This document shows, piece after piece, positions 13,121-26,000 of a DNA stretch of 64,000 bases. The notes under the pieces are model-generated. The model made no database searches. It saw only the letters and a program-made list of their open reading frames with translations, and was not told the origin of the DNA. The stretch comes from Lepidodermella squamata. Lineage: Eukaryota; Animalia; Gastrotricha. Location: the NCBI GenBank assembly GCA_047495785.1, contig JBLDXI010000042.1:3534001-3598000 (forward strand), given 5' to 3'. The position numbers were made by a program, and so were the translations under genes. Every line of letters begins with the position of its first letter. Positions within the stretch are counted from its first letter, which is position 1.

Positions 13121-16100
13121 TCAAGCCTGGTAAATGTAAAGGGACCGGTCTTGTTGCGACCGCACGAGGTATTCCTTCTCGATGAGGTTCTCGACGCGGC
13201 GTTTAATCACATGAGGGCTCGGCGAGAAGCGGGCGCGGAGTTGTTCCGTGACTTCGGCGACCAGCTGGTTGTGGCGCATTTGCTTGCGGGCTTTCAGAAT
13301 ACGAACGATTGCTGCTTCGATTTCAAGATTACGATCCTCGTCGATGCGAGTCCGCGCCTCCTGCCGCTCGGGTTCGGGCTCAGCTCGGCCAGTGGAGACT
13401 GCTTGGACTCGAACTCGAAGACATTTGCTCGCAAATGAGTCATTTACCATGAAAACATGCGAGGCTAAAAAGATTTAAGAAACAATTTTAATCTAATTTT
13501 AAAAATTTATTTGATAGCGATGGCAATTGTAAATTTAAAAGCCATGCTAAGTCAACCATACTAAACGAGAGGTGTTAAAGCGTGATAAGAATGCACGAAG
13601 TCTAGACTTCTAAATTGAATTAGACGCCAAAGATGCGATAAAAGTATTATATAAAGTCGACAATTTTAGCAATTGCAACCATATAAATCTTAACTCACGT
13701 TCGATGTCTTTTGAATGTGGTTCCTTGGTAAGAATTCGCTGCTGCGGTTTCCCGACGGCAAGAGCTTGGAGAGACCGAATGAGCTCCTTGTCTGGAATTT
13801 CGGCTTCTGCCTTCAACTCTTCGTAAGTCCATCGCTCACGCTTGTTAAACAGCATTAGCACGATCATTTGATGAGTTGAGACAACGAGAATGTGTTTTCG
13901 CGGCTTGCCAGGCTGGTAGGTCGGCACGGACGCGGATGTTGACGAAGAAACACCGTTATCTTCGTTCATCGCGCTGTCCGCATTGCTCGACCCACCTTCA
14001 TTGGCCGGAAATTTCGGAGCACCGTAGAATGTTGCATTTACATCAGCTGTGCCGAGTTGGGGTTGGAGGGCCAATTTTCGGTTAGCATGTTTAGTGTTAT
14101 AAAACCTGAAATAATCCAGATTAGTAACTAAACAAATCATTGTCTACAACTTACGATTTGAAAACGTCAAATGCGTGAGATACAGGGCCTGGAAGTAAAC
14201 CAGGGCCCGGGGCACTGGTGATTGGCCAGAAAACGGCGGTGAGAACACGAACGTAAATGTCGACGCCATGGAGTTCAACGTTCTTTTGATTGCAATAATT
14301 GCGAAATTCTTCGTGTAAAGTTCCAGAAAGACCCATATCCTTGAACATTCCCTCGAGTTTACCGGTAAATTGACAACCACATTCGATTTTCAGCTGAAAT
14401 TTGACAAAATTATATCCTGCGGAATTCAATTAACGCGCTTCGTACTTTTGAGATCATAGCTTTTTCGGTATCGTCGGATCCAGATCGCATGAAGAGCAAC
14501 CGTTTGGCCAAATGCTGCTTGTAATACCTCTCGAAGACGTCCTTTTCCGATAAGAATCGGAATAAGACAATAGCTTTGTCTAAAACTCCCTCTAATTCGG
14601 CATCCGAAAGCTGCAAATATTCAAATTATTTCAACACAAATTATAGTGCAACAATTACGCACCCCTTTGGCACCACGCTTGAGTTTTTCGTCAATGAAGA
14701 GCGACAAGTATTCAGCTGAGCGAGTGTTTTGGTTAATAAATCGCTCGAAATCAGCCGAGACGCGTTGTTTGAAGTTTTTGTGCTCTTCAAACGCATCGGT
14801 AACAAATCGATCGTACCGATCTTTCAGTTCGAGGATGCTTTGAACAAACTGGACGGGATCCTTGCTCTGGTCACCCTCGCCCTCGGCAACCAACAAACTG
14901 CCCTGCTGCATTAAATGAGCACTCAAGCATTGAATCATGCACTCTAGACCACCCTCGACTTTCCCGAAAAGCCTGAACATTATTCCAAGATCTGAAATGA
15001 GAAGTATTAAACGAACATTCATGGAATATCAAGATTAAGCCCACCATCAATTTTGTTGTTCTTTAGCATGTGAACCATGCCAGAGTTTTCCATTTCAACA
15101 ATGGTTTGCATATTTTGGCGAATGAGCGTTTCTTCGAGGACACTGACTATTTTGGGTTCAGTCGTCGGGTCGAGGAAATTACGAGCCCGTTCGGCTTCCT
15201 CCTTGATACGACTATCGACACTGCGAATGTAAACAGAAGCAGAATTTCCACTGAGCAACCGTTCGGCTTCGACGCGATAGAACTCAGCAGATTGGCTAAG
15301 AAAGTGCGATTCGAAGTAAAATTCATAGACTTCACGATTTTCAGCTCGTGCAGTATTTTGAGAACTGCTGCTGACTGACATAGCTGACGCTGCTGCATTT
15401 TCTCGAGATGCTCGGTCTTCGCTTACACCGAGACGCATGAGCATTGAACAGGCGTTTTTCAGTGCGGTTCGATCGACGGCTTCACCGCGACGTTCGCGAG
15501 AAACCATGTCCAGTAAGATGTGTCGGAGATGCTGTCCAATTTGTTGATCACGAAGAATGTTGTCGCGAAATAGAACAAGTCCCAAATCGTATACAGGGAG
15601 TAACTTATTCATTGCAACAAACACCCGATCCTGAAATGTAACTGAAGTTATGAAAATCAAAGAACACATGGGATACATACCATGTACATGAGAATATCGC
15701 GAATCATTACCATCGCCGTGTGATGATCACTCCAAGCTGAGTTGAGGATGTGGAGGAAATTACTACTCAGAGCATTGAGCACGTCTTGTCGAACCTTTAT
15801 GAATGAGTTCATGAATAATTCGGTAGCAGCAAATGAAAAACCAAACATACGACATTCTGAAGATGCTCTGCGACAACATCTTTCAATCCGTTATAAAGGC
15901 GTTCGCCGTGTTTGTGCAAAACCATAGTATATGCGTTTCGATATAACTCTTCGAAACTTAAACCAGAGTTGTTTTTCCTTTGAATCTCCTGAATGGCTTT
16001 GCGAAGCATTTTCCAGATGTTCGTGACGTATTCTTCGTCCATGCTGACCTGGAATTTAAATATTAACGCAATCAAAGCAAGTCATCAAAAATCCTCACCG

Positions 16101-16158
16101 GAAAGGCTTTAATGCGCATTTTATTGGCATTCTTGTTCGCTGGTCGCATGCCACTCAT
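13121..16158 (-). CDS. CUL3: Cullin-3, multi-exon
   Basis: KMRIKAFP; [35 protein letters not shown]; [12 protein letters not shown]; [17 protein letters not shown]; [17 protein letters not shown]; neddylation domain [13 protein letters not shown]. Confidence 0.97.
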
Positions 16159-17649
16159 ATTGGAGAAACAATGAGTCAATCAATCGTCGACTAAAAGACT
16201 TCTATTTAAAAATGAGCACCAATATTGAAGCGGAGTACTTCAGAGATATCACCAATAACCAATCACCAAGGCTATACTGCGTTTAAATATAGCAAATAGC
16301 AACAACGTACAGCGTGAAAAATGTAAAATAATAAGTAAAAAGTAACATCAAAAAGTCGGATGCTTTGTAATTCTCAAACGCAGGGGAAAAAACATAAGTG
16401 CGCAGTGCGCAACATGCAAAGTGCAAAGATTTATAGCTGAAAGAGACTCAGCGAGATGCTTGGAACGGGAAAGATGACGGCGAGACTGGAGCTTGAAGCT
16501 TGAAGCTTGATGTTGCCAGAGTCGTCGTCGTCGAACGCCAAGAGCCACTCACCTGGCCGCACTCTCCTTATGCCCCTCCAGCTCCAAAAAACGTTCCAAC
16601 CCCCTAAAAACTGCTAAGTAAAAATATTATTTGTTGTAAAATATGTCCAATCGTAACAAATTGTTATCAAACACAATTTCATAAGTTTCTAATAAAAACA
16701 AATATGAACTTTAAAAAACTTAACTTTTCGATGTTGCGACGATCCCATCGAAGTCAAAATCGAGCGAATCCCGAACCGCTGCTATGAAGAGGTGCGACAC
16801 ATCCGGACATCAGCCATCCGTCTTCGTACCCTTGGCGCGGTCTCTTTCATATGTCTTCTAGAATTGAGTATATATTTGAGGTTACTTGAGATTACTTGTT
16901 TCCTCATTTTACTCAACATCATGGTGCGATCGCAAGTTATCCGCCCGTTAAGTCGGTTCAGCTCTCATACAAGCTAACTCGCAGTTGGCTCTCGATCAAA
17001 ACCAACCATCTAATATCTGCTAGAATTAGTAAAAATCTGTTAGCTCCTGGCCAGGCAGCTAGCTACCGGAAGTCGGGGTCAGGGGCGCTGGTCGCTGTTG
17101 GCTGTTATCGAAATCAGTTATGTGACTTATTCGCAGCTGGCAGCTGGCAGTTAGCTTGTTTTTAGCTAGATCGCACACCCCAGCGCCCAGCGGGCGAGAT
17201 GGGGCTGGAGGCTGACGCAATTTTTGTGGATTCTTCGAATCTACGGTCGAAATTGCGCTTATATCGTGTTATGTGTCGCGTGCCGTCCTTCTTTACAGTT
17301 TGGTGATTGTGATTGGTGATTTGCTGGTTTGCGTCTCCGAGCTCTTGGGCTCATGGCGGTTGAACTCTCTCGGATTCATGCCAAAATAAGGCCATAGATA
17401 ATCATTGTCGTATCAATATATTAGTTTATCAAATATCTAATTGAACATGGCGCCACTGATGGCCACCTCAGGTGCAATATAAGTATTCAAATTCATGCGC
17501 CGCTGTCCCTAGTCCCTTCATTTAGTTAAAAGCATCACTGACGAATTGCCGATCAATTTCACCGACGAATCATACTCCCCTATTCCTGATAAATGCAACC
17601 TGATACGATTTTATATATTTTGGATTTAGTTTATATTAGGTTTTGAGAA

Positions 17650-18303
17650 ATGCGAGAGTTCAAGGTAGTCATCCTGGGAAGTGGCGGCGTAGGCAAATCC
17701 GCGATAACCATGAAATTTGTCACCGGCAATTTTATGGAAAAGTATGATCCAACTATCGAAGATTTTTACAGGTATGCGTTGAATCACGGATTCATATTTT
17801 TTCTACCTCTTATTTTCAATTATTCAGGAAAGAAATCGAAATTGACCAAGCTCCCGCAATGCTCGAGATTCTGGATACCGCTGGCACTGAGCAGTTCGCA
17901 TCAATGCGCGATTTGTACATCAAGAATGGCCAAGGCTTTATCATAGTTTACAGCATAACCAGCCTTCAAACGTTTCAGGTTTAATTTTGATAAATATTGT
18001 TGAAAAATGCGGCAACAAACATTGCATTTGCAGGATATTCGGACAATGAAAGAACAAATTCAGAGAGTTAAAGGCTACGATCGTATCCCCATGTTACTCG
18101 TTGGCAACAAATGTGATCTGGAGCATCAGCGCGAAGTGTCGTTTCAAGACGGCATGGGTCTTGCTCAAATGTGGGGCTGTCCTTTCTACGAGGCCTCTGC
18201 AAAAACCACTGCTAACATTAATAACATCTTCATCGACATCGTCCGCGAAATGACATACGATTTGGAACGCCGGCACAGCTCCGAATGTTGTAACATTTTG
18301 TGA
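17650..18303 (+). CDS. RAP2: Ras-related protein Rap-2, 3 exons
   Basis: [18 protein letters not shown]; [14 protein letters not shown]; [24 protein letters not shown]; LVGNKCDLE; CaaX end CCNIL. Introns about 17772-17827 and 17979-18033. Confidence 0.93.
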
Positions 18304-19151
18304 TCGATTCTTTCCTTCGCGATGGTTTTCATTTCATTTCGTTATCATCTCCAGCTACCTTGTCGTTTTCCACAACGCTACGCCTTATACAAGGTTAGCG
18401 ATATGCTAAAATCCATTCGAAGCATGTGTACGATGGTTTTATTGCATTTTCGTCAAATTTAATTTGAACCTGGTTCTCTACAATGTTGAAAAAGTCACTG
18501 AAAAGCTGGTTTTAATTTGTATTTCAACATGCCAATGTCAAAATTTGCTTTTTTGTACTCAGTTGATTTCTTTCCGGTCGAACATTGTTCAGTCTCCCCC
18601 GCTAGCTTTTTCCCTAGAAGTTTTATGCTCGAATGGTATTAGATGGTCGGTTAAAGCAAATAAATTCCTCTGCTGTGTCTTGCTGTTAACAATAACTTCG
18701 TACACGATGCTAAATGTAATTTCTTCATTGCAATGTCTTCTTCATGAAAAACCACGAATCTGTTTTTTCTATTCTTAAAGACGCCCGTTTTTTGCGGGAG
18801 TTTCATTTCTCGTCTTCAATGATCATTGTTGCCATGATGCAAACTGCTTCATATTGTTCTTCTTCCTATTTGGTTATTAAACTTACTACACAAACGTATT
18901 CATTCAATTTAATGACAAATTATGTATTAAATTTTGCAATTTTGATGACGCGAAAACGCAAAGTTTACCACTCTGTGCTGGTCTCTTGGTTATGTAAATA
19001 CATGACATTGTGCTGAGAGAGACTTTGTTACCTTAACGAGGTGCCTTCATTTATCGCAAGAAAAATCTTTACGCCTAGCGAATAAAAATCGAAGGGGCAT
19101 TACGTGAAAACTCACTGTTTTGTTTGTTTTGCAATTAGAAAGAGCGAGGAA

Positions 19152-20950
19152 ATGAGAATTATTAATGCCAAAACTTCGGCTGAGATGGCCAGGAGGATAA
19201 TGTCAGAGATTTCACAACATGCTAAACATTCTTGCCCCGCTCATTCCACTGCAACTTCTTCCTGCAGTGAGAAACATTTTGACGAAACACAGCCAGATTA
19301 CGCTTTTGAAGTATGAATTTTAACGAACGATTTTCTATTATATCAATTTGATTTTTAAGGTGGCCACAACGACAGTTCGATATGGCCGTGGAATAATAAC
19401 TCGTGAGTTACACCACGACATACACTCGTTGTGCCCGACTACTAACCCGGCGAATGTACGTGTCGCCGTATTTACGGATCGCTTGCTATCCCGTTTACAA
19501 CCGGTGAAAATGGTAATCGAAAGCTTGGAACGTAGTAAGATTGGTTATGAGCTATACGACGATGTCAAAGTCGAACCGACCAATAGCAGCGTCGTGGCGG
19601 CGGCCGAATTCCTGCAACGAATGTCCAGAGGGCTGAGTTGCCACGCCGTTATTGCCGTTGGAGGCGGAAGTGTGATGGACACTGCTAAAGGAGCTAATTT
19701 ATTGTCTTCCCCCGGCGTGACGCCCTCGATGATTATGGACTACGTAAACGCCCCAATCGGCAAGGGCAAACCAGTTGAACACGAGGAATTAAGGCCGCTC
19801 ATTGCGATTCCGACCACGACTGGAACTGGAAGTGAAACTACTGGCACGGTTGTTTTCGACATTCCCGACTTGAAAGCGAAAACTGGAATTTCACATCGAA
19901 AATTGCGGCCGACCTTGGCGCTGTTAGAGCCGGATAATGTGATAACTCAGCCTGTTTCAGTTGCTACCTACTCCGGATTCGACGTCTTATGGTTAGAATT
20001 TTCCAAAAAACTTGGGTTTTCATCATTTTTCGGATTTTCAGCCATGCTTTGGAGTCATTTACGGCGGTTTCTTACGACAAACGTAAGCCAAGGCCTTTGA
20101 AGCCAGCCTACCGACCCGCCTACCAAGGGTCAAACCCGGTTTCGGATCTTTGGGCTCGCGAGACTTTGCGCTTGATCTCGCAGAATTTCATGGAGTAAGT
20201 TAATTTCAATAATGCGACGCCAATTTTAATTAAAGTTTTATAGTTAAATTGAAATTGATCATTAAAATTAAACCCATTATATGACTTCGATTTGAGATGA
20301 GCAAATCCTCAATTATGCTCTTGAACTATTAAAATAAGTTTCCACCCCATTTATTTACAATTTATTGCGGAAACCTGAATTTTTTTGAGGACAAGATAAC
20401 ATAATTATAATTTTTCGACAGTGCTGTTAATGGAATAAATGTTCAAGAATCGCGGCCTGCTATGCAATTGGCGGCTGCTTACGGCGGGTTCGGTTTTGGA
20501 AACGCTGGCTGCCATCTGTGCCACGCCATGTCGTACCCGATCAGCGGCCAAGTGAAGCAATTTCACGCCCCTGACTACCCTACCTACAAAGCGCTGATTC
20601 CACACGGCTTGAGTGTCGTCATCAATGCGCCAGCTGTTTTCCAATTCACTGGCCCGGCGTGCCCGGATAGGCACCTGGAGGCCGCGACAATTCTAGGCGG
20701 CAAGCATTACCCTGTCTCGCCGAACGCGAAGCGCGAAGATGCTGGGCGAATTTTGGCCGATGTTGTTCGCCACTACATGTTCAAACTCGGCATACCAAAT
20801 GGGCTGGCTGCGATGAATTTTAAAGCTTCGGATGTCCCGAGCTTGGTCGAGGGAACTCTACCGCAACATCGCTTGACCAAATTATCACCTGTCCCGGCGG
20901 CTCGAGAAGCGTTGCACGAGCTTTTCGAAAAATCTATGATTGTTTATTGA
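19152..20950 (+). CDS. ADHFE1: Hydroxyacid-oxoacid transhydrogenase (iron-containing ADH family)
   Basis: CPAHS and DYAFE at the N-terminus; AVGGGSVMDTAK; YVNAPIGKG; IAIPTTTGTGSETTG; RPAYQGSNP; GFGNAGCHLCHAMSYPISG; IPHGLSV. Confidence 0.95.
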
Positions 20951-21143
20951 ACAAAACACGAAAAACTTGACCCGAATAGCAAACCGTGGTGCGGATATAT
21001 TTTTTGTGATTTTTCCCATATTAATTTTCTTGGCAAAGAAAAAAAATGATTTTATTGATTATAAACAATTAATTTCCTATTTTTAGTGGTTTTTTCAATG
21101 AAGTAATGACAAGAAAAATTTCTAATGAGGGTGTGACCTTCAA

Positions 21144-22749
21144 ATGATATTTTCCCGTTACCATATATATGCCTCTTGGAGGTACCTATCAAACGCGCTC
21201 ATCATTGTTTTGCTCATCGCTCTTATTTATGGTGAGTAATATTCGAATAATTTCTTTCAAAGGAAAAACATATTTGGATTTTTTAATTTTTTTCTAGAAG
21301 TAAAAACTCGCCCCAGCTCATCGCAAGTTGCCGACATCGATGTCGTAAAATTCGAAACTTATCTGAAACGTGAGCCGTCAATATGGCGCAATTCTCAGCG
21401 AAAATCGCCAGTCGGTGAGAAGAAGCGAATTCTAGTCACAGGCGGGGCTGGTTTCGTCGGTTCTCACCTGGTCGATGATCTAATGTCCCAGGGCCATGAG
21501 GTCTTAGTAGTCGACAATTTTTACACTGGCTCCCGGCGAAATGTCGAGCACTGGATCGGCCATCCAAACTTCCAGCTGATTCATCACGACGTTGTTGTCC
21601 CGTTCTACGTTGAGGTGGACGAAATCTACCACCTCGCCTCGCCTGCATCGCCTGTTCATTACATGGCCAACCCGGTGAAGACAATAAAAACGAACACGAT
21701 TGGGACGTTGAATTTGTTAGGCCTAGCGAGGCGGACTAAGGCGAAATTCTTGCTAGCCTCGACTTCTGAAGTCTACGGCGATGCAACCGTCCACCCGCAG
21801 GCGGAAACTTACTTCGGCAATGTGAACCCCATCGGGCCGAGGTCGTGCTACGACGAGTCGAAACGCCTGGCTGAGTCGTTGACTTTCGCCTACGCGGCTC
21901 GTGAGCACGTTCAAACGCGAGTTGCGCGAATTTTCAACACATTTGGCAGTCGGATGAATTTGAACGACGGCCGGGTTGTTTCGAATTTCATAATCCAAGC
22001 GCTTCAATCAGATGCGATTTCGGTTCGTTTTTTACCCATCCAGATTATTTTATTGAATATTCATTATTAAATTTAATTATCAGCTATAATTCGGTGAGAA
22101 AAATGCCATTAATTGGAATTTTTGATTGCTTCTCATGGGTTCAGTGAGGATGCCCATTCCGTGATATATATTTTAAATTTTAAATTTTCTATGAATATAT
22201 TTCCAAGAAAAAAGTCGAAATTAAGTTGCTATTTTGTCGCCTGCTCTAATGACGCCATTCGTTTTTATCGAATTTTTAAAAAAATTTTAGCTGTACGGCG
22301 ACGGGTCTCAAACTCGTTCCTTCATGTACATAAGCGACCTAGTCAGTGGTTTGCAAAAGCTGATGGCTTCGAACTACACGCAACCGGTCAATATCGGCAA
22401 TCCGCAAGAGATCTCGGTAAAGCAGCTCGCAGAGATTATCCTCAGGCTAACGAGTAACTCAACTAATAAATCAAAAGCATCCAAACTATCGTTCAAACCG
22501 GCGTTGGAAGACGACCCGAAGCAGCGCCGGCCGGACATCAGCCGGGCGAAACAGTTCATTAATTGGTCGCCGAAAATTGACTTCATGGACGGCCTAGCTA
22601 TGACGATACCTTATTTTCGTAAAGAGTTGGAATCTGTCAAAAACAACATTACCTCACTGCTCAACAACACTCCGCCGCAAGATGACGTCGACCTGGGAAT
22701 GGCGGTTCCGAAACTCGGCGGCGATCACAAAGTACCTGTAGTTTTTTAG
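21144..22749 (+). CDS. UXS1: UDP-glucuronate decarboxylase (UDP-xylose synthase), type II membrane anchor, 3 exons
   Basis: [15 protein letters not shown]; YHLASPASP; [11 protein letters not shown]; [11 protein letters not shown]; [13 protein letters not shown]; [10 protein letters not shown]. Exon 1 encodes a hydrophobic anchor. Confidence 0.95.
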
Positions 22750-23038
22750 AATGCTAACCCGTAATTGTTGCCCATTTTTCTTCTGGTGGAAGTTGGCGCT
22801 ATTTTTCGTCGCAAAATTTAGTCCTTTTTGGTGTGATATTTTCAAAACAAAAATACTAGTAAAAAATTCACAGCTTTTGAGCCTTAATCTTTGTACTTTT
22901 TCGTGGAAAGGCGCTAATTATTAAAATATACTAATTTTTCAACCTTTCATTTTAGCTATGTACGCAATGACTGTCTTGACTTCGGTGGTTTTTTGAATGA
23001 ACGAAAAAAATAAATTGAATTTTCCGCAATAGACTTTT

Positions 23039-26000
23039 ATGGTAATTTTGACGCGTATTATTGGACAAATAATGAAAAAATCTGCCGAAAAGCTGCTGCC
23101 AAGGTACAAAAATGGCGGAGATTTTGTTGAAAAGCACCTGAAACTCGTCGAAATGGAACGGCAGGCCGAGATTGACGAGCAGAAGGAACTGGTCGCTAAT
23201 ATGACGCCGGATCAGCTGGAAAAAGCGGGCATTTGCATGCGGAAAATGGTGATGGCTTCGCAGGCTGTTTCGTTATTCGGGCGGACAGTTTGCACGTTCC
23301 AACCTTCACCGGCTAAACTGAGGATGATGCAATCCAGCCAAAGTAGCAACAGTAGCAGCATTTTGAGCCCGGGTGATATAGCCGGGCTATGCCAGGCGCC
23401 TAATTTCGGTAAAACCATCCTATCGGGGGTAGTCACGAAAGTCACAGAGGGTCGAATTGATATTGCGTTTGATTCACTTGATGAATCATCAGAATTTGAC
23501 TCGGATGAGCCAGTCGATATCATTCGACTCGCCCCTGATATCACATACCGCCGCCTTAAAACCGGGCTGGAAAATTTGAAATCACTCGAACACCCACTTG
23601 TTGAAGTATTTTTCGAGCAACGACCACCTAAATTACCGCCAAATGAGGTTGAACCTGAAATTGAGTCAGAAAATGATACTTTGAACGCATCTCAACGTCA
23701 GGCGATTACAAATTCGATGGTTCAGCCGGAAGTTGCGGTTATTCACGGGCCACCCGGTACCGGGAAAACTACAACTCTAGCCGAATTTCTCGCGAAAGCC
23801 ATTTCGAAAGGCGTGAAAGTCCTCGCCTGTGCGCCGTCTAATGTCGCGGTTGACAATTTAGCGGAAAAACTTCTTGATCGTGGCGTGAAAAAATTAATCC
23901 GATTAGGCCACCCTGCTAGGGTCCTACCCCGGCTTCAATCGTGCTGCCTCGATGCGGTTATTTCCAGCTCGGACGTAATGGCTGTTTGCGACGATATCAA
24001 GAAAGAAATTTCCGACCACTCTGCTAAACTGCTTAGGTCGAGGGATAAGGGTGAAAAATATCGTTTGCGGGGTATTCTGCGCGAACTTCGGCAGGATTTA
24101 TCGGCGAGGCATAAACGCGCGGTTAAGGAGGTGATTCAGGGCACGGATGTGGTACTGGCGACTTTGACCTCGATTGGCAATGAAGATGGAGTTTTGGCTC
24201 GAAACGTCAAACAAATGCAATTCGGCCTCGTCGCCATAGACGAATGCTCTCAGGTAAGGATAAAAATTCACCTTATCCACAATTAAAACTTTTTATTTTA
24301 ATAATAAAATCAAAAGTTCTGTTTTATTTTTTGAAATGAACTTTTTTGATTGATTAGTTCGAAGGGATAGACACCTTTGACCTCGAGTATGTCTCCGATG
24401 CGCTGCTCCGCCTTGACAGTGTTCTCCAAATCATTTTCCTCTTAGGTCCAAAAATGAAGAAAATTATCGAAAAACTGGCGATTAGGAACACAGCGCTCAC
24501 AAAATAATGCCTCGCCTCAGGATGCCGGATGACAACCACCCCTAAGACCTCACCTATTGTTGAAGGTAAAAGGACGTAGAAGCACCTCACCGTCTGACGT
24601 ATTTCGTTTATCGCCCGGGCACGCCGCATTACACCAAGCGTGAAACCTGAGAATAACGCCAACGCATTAAGGGAGAACGTGACCCCAGCTAGAATCAGAG
24701 CGAGTTTTTGCCGACCGCTCGAACCTTCGATCGTGCAAGTTGCCGATACTTCTCGCCATACAATGTCGTTAGCTAGATCAACACGCTCTTCAGTGATTTC
24801 GCGGAGGCTTGGAGGTTCACCCAGGACATACCACAGCATCATAATTAGCAAATTAACTGAAATCCATATTGCGACGCGTACGGCTGCTGATATTCGTAAT
24901 TTGCATCTGACGTTTTGTCGGATGACCAAAGTTGACCCTAAAAGGACTGACAGTGAAGCATGTGATATCGCAGGCATAACTTTAGAACCGCGATTTTTGC
25001 GAAGTTGAAGGTCATTTATCTGTAATTTGATGATTAAACCCGAAGTCAACACAGCGTATCCAAGCATGACCAGGAAAGGCGCGACTTTGCAGTATCGATT
25101 CATTTCCATAGATGCCGTAGTTTCGATAGGATAAGCCAAAGTTGTCGATAACGCGACAGATAACCCCGAAAGGACTAGAGAAGTTCCCAAAAGGTTACTA
25201 GTTTTCATAGAATCCAATTTTCTGTTGATCATAGTAACCAATAGCAATCCAATTGAGGTTGAAATGGCGATAATGGCCAGTATCTTAAGGAAAATAACAC
25301 CCCCTTGATTTAAGGCTTCCCGCTGAGTGATGATTGTTGCGCTATCTTTCGGCGGGTTCTTCGAGCCAGATTTCCATTTAGCCGAATTTGGAAATTGATA
25401 TCGATGTTTAAAATCAAAGCTATCAACTCCATTGTCGACGAAAACCATCTTCCTAACGCCGTTTTCTTGAGATTGCTCAAATCCGGCCGGAACAAGAGTT
25501 TCATGCGCGCCTTTCTCGTAACGGATTCGTCCTGAAAACACTCGAATATCGAGGTTTTCGACGGATTTTCGAACGATTTCGCTTAGTCGTGGATTTTCGA
25601 TGTGATCTCTCAGGGTAGAATTCATCTTATTCAGCTGTTTTTCCGCGGAATCAAGGATGAAAACTGAGGGTAAAACGTTGTCAATACAGGCCGATCTAGC
25701 GTCTACAAAACGACTTTTCCAGACGCTTGGAATTTTCGAGTTGAAAAATTCGTCCAGATCCTGACCAGTCAAGCTAAGGTTTGTCTTGGTTGACTTATAA
25801 TCGCTTGGTACTTGACGGAAGTAGAATGATCCTGAGTCGACATTTTTTAATTCTTCCACCGAGCAGTCCGTTCCTGTAGATTCTGAACTTGTGAAGTCGA
25901 CACTACCCCCGAAAATCCAAATGACATTTGGTCCATATAGCCCTTGTAAGTAAGCCTAATATTGGGTGATAAGCTCGAAATTTTGTGTAATTTTGTAATT

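Noticed and set aside
16970-17158. Short imperfect inverted repeat (CAAGCTAACT...AGTTAGCTTG) in the CUL3/Rap2 intergenic region
   Set aside because: A 10-bp core is too short to distinguish from chance or promoter motifs.
18464-19016. Short ORFs after Rap2, and similar short ORFs at 57-61 kb
   Set aside because: AT-rich UTR or intergenic sequence with no motifs or splice-consistent structure.
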